Of a stretch of 15,916 bases of DNA, positions 9,095-15,916 are shown piece by piece. The notes beneath the pieces are model-generated. The model saw only the letters and a program-made list of their open reading frames with translations, searched no databases and had not been told where the DNA came from. Position numbers and translations under genes: made by a program. Each line of letters opens with the position of its first letter. Within the stretch, counting starts at the first letter, position 1. Location of the stretch: contig JADGIF010000171.1 of assembly GCA_018985225.1 (NCBI GenBank), positions 1 through 15,916 on the forward strand, given 5' to 3'. This DNA is from Amoeboradix gromovi X-113 (Eukaryota > Fungi > Sanchytriomycota).

Positions 9095-9597
9095 CTCGTT
9101 AAAAGTCCTGATTTCCAAGAAAATTGTGAACTTCCACAAAGAAACTATCAATGCTGGTAAATCTATTAGTGATTGTTCACACTTTCACTACCCTGAGGTG
9201 AGATTGAATAATGATGTATGTACTTGATGTATATGCTCCTTGCTGCCATATACTCTTTATTGTTACACATGTGGTAAGACCAACAGCATAAGAATTATTA
9301 AATAAATAGTTTACAGGTTTACTTTTATCGTAGATCTCTTTTGAGGGCGAGTTAAAAAAGATCTAATTGTTCCACGTTTGGACCAGTTCCTCAGTGTTGA
9401 TGAATGTATGCTGTACCTGTGAGTGATTCTTTAGATTTGACATATTCGGGATTACAGCCATTAATTCCATTTATCATTTGCGAAAAGGAAGAATATCGAG
9501 TATTTAAGCTGTTGGAAAATTTGGAAAAGTCATGAAATTGTATAAAAATGCATGCTAATTCGCGATAATTGATTTATTCAAGAAAACAATCGAGCTG
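9095..9597 (-). mobile_element. 5'-truncated copy of the family 2 Fanzor2/TnpB-like element (RuvC-II/III remnant plus right end)
   Basis: Direct repeat of 14710-15209, roughly 80-85% identical by eye. The minus strand translates INTEELVQT and NKEYMAARSIYIKY (N at 9259-9261). Confidence 0.75.
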
Positions 9598-9629
9598 TAC
9601 ATTAACAAACTTTGTCTCCCTGTTATAGA

Positions 9630-10503
9630 ATGATGGCTAGTGATCTATCTTCAAAAGCTATTGCGGCTATTACAAACAAAGATTATGAATCGGCAATAAG
9701 TTACTACGGTGAAATCTGTGAAATTGAAGAGAGAAAAGGATTTAATGCTGAAAATGTCAAGTATCTTATAGAATATGCAAACGCATTGTTTAAGAACGCA
9801 ATCCAAAAAAACGATATATTCGATAAGCAGCAGCAGAAACTTTTACAATCTTCGGATGCGTTTAAAGAGAAATATACACTTTTAGACGTAGAAGATGAAG
9901 GAGTTGATGATTTTGAAGCTGCTTTTGATATACTTGAACGAGCTAAACAAATCTCTAAAGACAGTAATGCTGGTCATGATATACTTGCTAAAATTGAACA
10001 GTTGCTAGCTGATATTTGCTTTGAAGATTCCAATTTCAAGGTTTTTATTTTTAATCTAGCAAGCATTGGAATCTTATTTGAACTGCTGCGAAATATTTCT
10101 ACAGGCTAAAGAGCACTCTAAACTAGCTTATACTTACTATTACGTTGCAATGGTTTACGAATTTGCAAACTCACCCTCTGAGACTATGGATGGCAAAGAT
10201 AGTAGCATTTTGCCACTAACTGAGATGGAACGGATACTAAAGGCTAAAGAGTACGTCGAGAAATGTCTTGCTATTCTTGTTGATATCGAAGACAACGAAG
10301 ATAAGGAAGCTCTGCTTCAGGATGTCCAGCAAAAAGTAGTTTTTACACTTATTTAGTTGGTTGAGTTGTCTACTTTCATTAAAGATTACGATGAAATAAA
10401 ACAGCAGGAACCTTCAACCATGGTGGGATTTGACAAAAATGTTCATAATGGTCCGATAATGGACATTTCTCATTTGATCAAAAAGAAGAATAAAAAGCAG
10501 TAG
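9630..10503 (+). CDS. NASP/Sim3/Hif1-family SHNi-TPR histone chaperone; exons 9630-10040, 10060-10335, 10357-10503
   Basis: TPR motifs KDYESAISYYGEICE, YANALFKNA, DDFEAAFDILERAK and LADICFEDSNFK|QALESY (joined across intron 1). The C-terminal DISHLIKKKNKK NLS typical of NASP is reached only after removing intron 2. Start is 9630 or 9633. Confidence 0.88.
10041..10059 (+). other. 19-nt GT-AG spliceosomal intron
   Basis: GTTTTTATTTTTAATCTAG. Removal (phase 0) joins the two annotated ORFs and restores the SHNi-TPR motif. Confidence 0.8.
10336..10356 (+). other. 21-nt GT-AG intron (18 nt if the donor is 10339)
   Basis: GTAGTTTTTACACTTATTTAG ends in an in-frame TAG. Removal gives a 48-codon terminal exon with the NASP C-terminal motif. 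Confidence 0.78.
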
Positions 10504-10592
10504 AATAAATACCTCTACTAAACACTTTGCAATGTGCAGCTGGTAGAGTGAGTGCTCTGATAATATTTTCAACATAATTTTCATGCTCTTTA

Positions 10593-11834
10593 CTAGGAAC
10601 TGCCGTTTAATTCCATGTTGAGATACCCGTCTATTAATTCTACGTTCCATATGCCTAATCCTTGATTTTTCATATTTTTGTACATAAGCAAATGTTTGTT
10701 TACATCGTTGTAGTGCATTCTTTTTAGCTGATATTCAGTATACACAAAGTCATCCAGATGCAATAATCCAACTGCTTCCCTTGAACCCAAGACTTTTGAC
10801 TTGGTCCTACTTATCATATCTAACTGATAACTATGAATGGCATCCTCTATAACGTTGTATTTCAGCAAGTTTTTAGCAAATGACAAGGCGTCCAACAGCG
10901 CTTGGTTTGCACCCTGTCCTTTAAACGGTGACATAGGATGAGCAGCATCTCCTAACAAAGTTATTTTGGAGTTTTTTGGGAAATCATAAAGAGAAATCGG
11001 GTCTCTATCATACACTGGATATCCTGTTATATTCTCTACGGATGTCTGTTTTATTATGTCAAGTATGGTAGAATGGAAAAATCTACATTTGTTCAAAGCC
11101 AACTCCTTCAGCTCCGATTTATCAAATTTAAGTGCCGAGTCCATTGGGAATGACAACTGCCACATAACGCTGGCCTTGTTGAAAGGCATGCAGAATATTC
11201 TACTCTTACCATCCGACATTTGAAGTACGCGATGTGTGAAAGTAGGGTTGCTTTCAACTATTCCAAGCATAACAAAAGTGTTAAGAAACGTGAGTGAAGA
11301 GTTTGGTATTAATGCCTGACGCACTTGAGAATAGATACCATCACACCCGGCTACGCACTTAACTAGAACGGTAGTAGATTCATTCTTTAGATGAATATTC
11401 ACCCCAAGTTTATGATCTGAATACGCTTCAACTTCACATTTCCATTTCATCGTGACAAAGTTAGGATCTAATTCATTAATAAAACATTCCCTTAAATCTT
11501 GCCGAGCGAGATGGCATATGTATTTGGAATTCCAGCTGCTATCATTATTTAATTTCTCAAATGATCCCCACCCCAAAATTAATTCACCGTTCTGATTAAA
11601 TATGTAATGACAATTTGACAATACGCATTTACTTTGCACCTCTTTCAATAAATCTAGCTTATCAAATATCTTACCACCTTGCTGCAATGTTAATCCATAA
11701 CCTTGGTGCCTAGAGTGGAATCCTTCATCTTTTTCGAAAATTATTGATTTGATGCCATTTTTTTGTAAAGTTATTGCCAGCGATAATCCCGCTATGCCAG
11801 CGCCAACAATTCCAATAGGAATATCTGTTAGCAT
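10593..11834 (-). CDS. FAD-dependent monooxygenase (FAD_binding_3 family)
   Basis: GAGIAGL Rossmann motif, FEKD..SRHQGYGLTLQQ, GCDGIYSQVR (DG motif) and LLGDAAHPMSPFKGQGANQALLDA (GD motif). Confidence 0.93.
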   Translation of the reverse strand: MLTDIPIGIVGAGIAGLSLAITLQKNGIKSIIFEKDEGFHSRHQGYGLTLQQGGKIFDKLDLLKEVQSKCVLSNCHYIFNQNGELILGWGSFEKLNNDSSWNSKYICHLARQDLRECFINELDPNFVTMKWKCEVEAYSDHKLGVNIHLKNESTTVLVKCVAGCDGIYSQVRQALIPNSSLTFLNTFVMLGIVESNPTFTHRVLQMSDGKSRIFCMPFNKASVMWQLSFPMDSALKFDKSELKELALNKCRFFHSTILDIIKQTSVENITGYPVYDRDPISLYDFPKNSKITLLGDAAHPMSPFKGQGANQALLDALSFAKNLLKYNVIEDAIHSYQLDMISRTKSKVLGSREAVGLLHLDDFVYTEYQLKRMHYNDVNKHLLMYKNMKNQGLGIWNVELIDGYLNMELNGSS

Positions 11835-12916
11835 CTCAGGGGCACAAGTCGTTTAATCCGCCAAAGTCAAATTTGAATCCATATTCGTAGGATTCCGCAT
11901 TTCTTAAGTGAATACTGCTTGAGCGCCAGCTATTGAAGTTTTTTTCTCTAAATTGTTGCATTTCAGTGGATTCATATCTCGATTGTTCTAATTAGACAAC
12001 TTTTACACCTAAACCCATAATTGGTCAGCAATACCTGTAAAGACAAGTTAGCATTTGAGACATGCGATGTTTAAATAGGCTTTGAAAGCGATAAACAAAC
12101 TCTGCATGGACAAATTAAATCTGCTCAAAATGCTCCCCTGAATATGAGAATTCTAATGGAATATAGCATTTGCGTGATTATTCTTTGTGTATGTGCAAAT
12201 ACCTAAAACTGGAATGAATTATATCTCAATAAATTTGTAGCCCAAGAACACACTCGGCACAAGTTATACGATACGAAAAGGGTCCAGATCAGTCAAAGGT
12301 AGTGTGCTCTATAAGGAGTTCAATGCTTCCAAGATGCAGTTGTAAAACGGGTAAGGTTGGACTAAATAAGTATCACCAGTCTTTTGGTTTCTTGAAAATC
12401 TCAGTCCATCTTATTGCCTGAATTTGCAACTAGAAAAATGACCAGTGAATCACCTACATATTAACGTGAAATGCAGTCACTTCTCTAATGCACTCTCAAT
12501 CATATATTACCGCACAAGTATAAATTGAATGGTCAGAGACTGTATTTTAACAACGAAACGTACTCTAATATTTCATATCTTAAATCCCACCAAATTCAAC
12601 GACCGCACACTGTTCAACTGCTAAGATTAATTAAATTGCTTCGCAAGCAATCTTCAAATAAATCACAGAGGGCATACTTTAATAGTCAAACATGATGTTT
12701 ACAGGGAATATTGAGATTTTAACAAATTTTCTACTTGATAGAAATTAAATGGTGTTTCTATTCAATTTGAAAATATTTTCTAAATCATTGCTTTTGATGT
12801 TGTACATTTCTTACCTCATGATCTAACAGGTCATCTGTCTAGTACGTACTAATCACGGCCAAAGTCTAGCTCAACCAAAATTTAACGACGTTATTGGGTG
12901 TTTGACATTTTTCCAA

Positions 12917-14572
12917 ATGTTGAACTGGTATCTCGTATTTGGTCAAATACAATTACTAAATCCTTTAGCAACTCAGCCCATATCACCTGTAACTGTCAAC
13001 CAGAAATTTACTATTTTAATGAATCCGAGCACTTTCAAGAGTAATTCTACCTTCAGTACTAAATTACTTAGTGGACCAAGCTGGGTTCAGTTTGATGCGA
13101 ACACTCTGGAATTCAGTGGAACGCCTCCAAAAAATGGTACCTATGATGTAATTGTAGAGGCATTTACGAATAGTCAATCTGCTTATGATCATTTGATTCT
13201 GAAATGTGTAGATAACTTCAAACTGCTACCAGCTCCTCAAATACTAGTACGTGAAAAAGTACTTTTAACGAAAGATCTCCCTATTAAGCTACTAGAAGTG
13301 CCTGCAACTGGTTATGGAATTAAAACGTTTGTGAATAAACTACAGCTACCAAGCTGGTTAAGAGTAGATGTACTAAGCGGAGAAATGACAGGTAATCCAC
13401 CACCCAACACGGAATATTCTATCGATGTGTATTTGACAGATGATGACTCGCGTCTTGTCAAATCACTTGCCGCATCATTTTTATTAAAGTTAAACTCTCT
13501 TGTCTTGTACATCGATGGTTTCACCAATAACTCGGTAGTACCTTTAAATTCAGACTCGATTACTCTGAAGTACTCTTGTAATGTGCCCTGCTCTCTAACA
13601 AACGATATAGAACATGATGATAAGTCGTTCAAAATCCCGAGTTCGATGGACTCCATTTCGCTGGTAGCTACGACTTCAAATGGCACTATAACGGATCCGA
13701 TTTTGCTGAGTTTCGTAAAGGATCAAGCTGTGCTGTCCTCAAGATTCTCAGGTAGTCGAAATGATGCACTGATTTACACTCTTTTGGCAGCTGCGTGTGC
13801 GGTTTTGTTCTGTTTGTGTCTTTACTTTTATATTAAACGCCGAAATCGCAATAGCAAATCAGGAAAAACAGACTATATGGACATTAAATCACCAATTAAC
13901 GATGATGATGACAATGATGCTATTTATAGCATGTATTATGATCGAAACTCTAACAGGGGCTCAAGAGCATCCATAACTTCATATAGTACGCACACTATAA
14001 TCAAGGGAGCATCAATAAATGTTCTGAACGAGCAACGACCAATTAAAACAACACCAACTGATAAACAATTTACACCAGTCTTCACAAAGGTAATTGCTCT
14101 AAATAGGGACTGGGAATACTGCCCACTTCAGCTGGATCTGAACACAGTGTACAATGTGCCAGCCAGGTCAATGAAGGCAGATTGGCCCATAAGAACCACT
14201 CTAAACAGCCAATTCCATTTGAGATGTGAGTCCTCGATTCCGGACTGGATTAGCTTTGATGAACAAACCTGCATTTTCACTGCTAGACCGGACACTGAGG
14301 TAGATTTTATTTTAAAGATTGAGCATTATGAAAACGGCGTATTTAAGAATGATTTTATATTTCGAATAATTGCTGCAATCGAAAAGAAGTCTTCTATTGA
14401 CAACAGCAGATTCAGATCTAGCTTGGATCCGAACAGATTCATGGACTCGATTTTCAGTACAGGAAGCAGGCATAAGAAAGATTCTATAAATTTTAGTAAA
14501 ATGAATTTTACAGATTTTAAGAAACATGTGATGATAGGAAAGAACCAGAATCACAGTATTATTGACGAATAA
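12917..14572 (+). CDS. Axl2-like single-pass membrane protein with dystroglycan-type cadherin/Ig-like (CADG/He_PIG) domains
   Basis: Repeats GPSWVQFDANTLEFSGTPP and LPSWLRVDVLSGEMTGNPP. TM helix LIYTLLAAACAVLFCLCLYFYI followed by KRRNRN. First in-frame ATG is at 12917. Confidence 0.72.
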   Translation: MLNWYLVFGQIQLLNPLATQPISPVTVNQKFTILMNPSTFKSNSTFSTKLLSGPSWVQFDANTLEFSGTPPKNGTYDVIVEAFTNSQSAYDHLILKCVDNFKLLPAPQILVREKVLLTKDLPIKLLEVPATGYGIKTFVNKLQLPSWLRVDVLSGEMTGNPPPNTEYSIDVYLTDDDSRLVKSLAASFLLKLNSLVLYIDGFTNNSVVPLNSDSITLKYSCNVPCSLTNDIEHDDKSFKIPSSMDSISLVATTSNGTITDPILLSFVKDQAVLSSRFSGSRNDALIYTLLAAACAVLFCLCLYFYIKRRNRNSKSGKTDYMDIKSPINDDDDNDAIYSMYYDRNSNRGSRASITSYSTHTIIKGASINVLNEQRPIKTTPTDKQFTPVFTKVIALNRDWEYCPLQLDLNTVYNVPARSMKADWPIRTTLNSQFHLRCESSIPDWISFDEQTCIFTARPDTEVDFILKIEHYENGVFKNDFIFRIIAAIEKKSSIDNSRFRSSLDPNRFMDSIFSTGSRHKKDSINFSKMNFTDFKKHVMIGKNQNHSIIDE

Positions 14573-14709
14573 ATTATGATTGTTTAAATTAGAACTTTAC
14601 TTTGCATTGTAACTTGTAGATCAAACAAATAGTAAAAGCAGATTGAAGACAATAGATTTGATACTACGATAGTAAACTGAAGCTATTCCTCCGTACAGTA
14701 GTAAGACTT

Positions 14710-15832
14710 CTCGTTAAAAGTCCTGATTTCCGAGAAAATCCAGAATTTCTACAAAGAAACTAGCAATGCTAGATGCTCCGTTACAGTGATTGCTCATGCT
14801 TGCGTTACCCTGAGGCGGGATTGAATAAGGATGCAGATAATTGATGTATATGTTCCTTGCTACCATATGGTCTCTATTGTCGCATATTCGGTAAGATCGG
14901 TCGCAAGAATTATTAAATAAACGGTTTACAAGTTTATTTTTATTGTTCTTCTCATTCTAGGCATTGAAAGACATCTAATTGTTCCATGTTTGGACCAGTT
15001 CCTCAGTGTGAATGAATGTATGCTGTACCTGTGAGTGATTCTTTAGCTTTGACGTATTCGGGATTAAATCCATTTATTCCATTTATCATTTGTGAAAAGG
15101 AAGAATATCGAGGATTTAAGCTATTGGAAAATCTGGAAAAGTCTTGAAATTATATAAAGATGCATACAAATTCCCGATAAATGATTTATTCAAGAAAAAA
15201 ATTGAGCTGCTTTAAATCACAAAGATTGCGGAACAAACTTGCTTTGAAGTCTTTTTTGTAATTCAGGCTCCCATTAGTTTAAAAACTACCCTTAAAAGTT
15301 AAATTTGTACCCGGCGGAAAGGCCATCAGTTAAAATCAGCTTTTCCGTTATTGAGTATTCAAAAACATTCTGTTTTACCTATGAAATAATTCTTGTGCTT
15401 ATATAATGATTTATTAAGGGCGTTATCGTCTCCAAAACGCAGTGACGTTACTTTCTCATCGACAGTCCCAAGTATTCTGGACTGGTTTTGTTTTCAGAAA
15501 TTAGGTATGTCAAGACGCTTCTCATTTGGTATTTTGGAACATTCATCAACTTCAAAGTCTCTATTGGGTATCTATAGATTGAATACTCGTAGGCCCTGGA
15601 TATAAAAAGAGTCTCTCTTAATGTTTTTGGTTTGCTAGATTTCTCAATCGTCAATCTAATTTGGGTATTAGTGTTATGATCCATTCTGATCTAAAATACT
15701 CAATCCTCTATTTATAGAGTCTCTCAGTTGAAGGTACTACTCAAAGTGTCTCCGAATCTGAGAACAGGCCTAATTCCTAAAAGTTAATTTGAACTCATTA
15801 GTTCTATTTAATTTGTAAAGCCATGAAATTAA
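14710..15832 (-). pseudogene. Decayed Fanzor2/TnpB-like nuclease gene with element right end
   Basis: Ordered minus-strand motifs across stops and frameshifts: FKLTFR (15793-15776), RIEYFRSEWIITLIP (from 15707), L-Y-PG/LRVF (15602-15594; TAT is one change from GAT, giving RuvC-I LDPG), KAKE...TEE (~15005, RuvC-II) and NRDHMVARNIY (14878-14846, RuvC-III). Confidence 0.7.
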
Positions 15833-15836
15833 CATA

Positions 15837-15916
15837 TGAGACATCAAATATAAAAACTGAACTAACTTTCTGTAACAACTTGGAACATTATTTCAGCTTT
15901 ATTAATTTTATGGATT
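15837..15916 (+). mobile_element. Left end of another family 1 TIR element; runs off the window end
   Basis: TGAGACATCAAATATAAAAACTGAACTAAC plus subterminal sequence matching 7239-7288. It is preceded by CATA (15833-15836). Confidence 0.87.

Noticed and set aside
4105-14554. Short antisense ORFs inside or overlapping GT71, MFS, NASP and the Axl2-like gene
   Set aside because: Shadow ORFs of real genes with no independent motifs.
15393-15684. Short ORFs of 70 and 78 aa as genes
   Set aside because: They overlap the decayed Fanzor2 region; the informative motifs are mostly in other frames.
1-15916. CRISPR array, tRNA or rRNA genes
   Set aside because: No regularly spaced direct repeats, cloverleaf or rRNA signatures were seen; the repeats are dispersed element copies.

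Overview
AT-rich, gene-dense, intron-poor eukaryotic DNA. Axl2-like and MNN/GT71 genes and very short introns suggest an early-diverging fungus (inference). The standard genetic code applies. Host genes: a GT71 alpha-mannosyltransferase, V-ATPase subunit D, a coiled-coil hypothetical protein, an MFS transporter, a NASP/Sim3/Hif1 histone chaperone split by two ~18-21 nt introns, an FAD-dependent monooxygenase and an Axl2-like membrane protein. The intergenic DNA holds five pieces of two different putative Fanzor (eukaryotic TnpB-like RNA-guided nuclease) element families that the ORF track does not reveal. Family 1 is a complete 487-bp element at 7209-7695 with 30-bp TIRs, a TA target-site duplication, an upstream CATA, Fanzor1-like RuvC-II/Zn-finger/RuvC-III remnants and a structured right end. 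Two more left ends of this family lie at the window edges. Family 2 is a decayed Fanzor2/TnpB-like ORF at 14710-15832 (-) plus a ~500-bp 3' copy at 9095-9597 (-) sharing the same right boundary. A family 1 element appears to have inserted into the family 2 ORF. All protein-family calls rest on manual motif recognition, not database searches.
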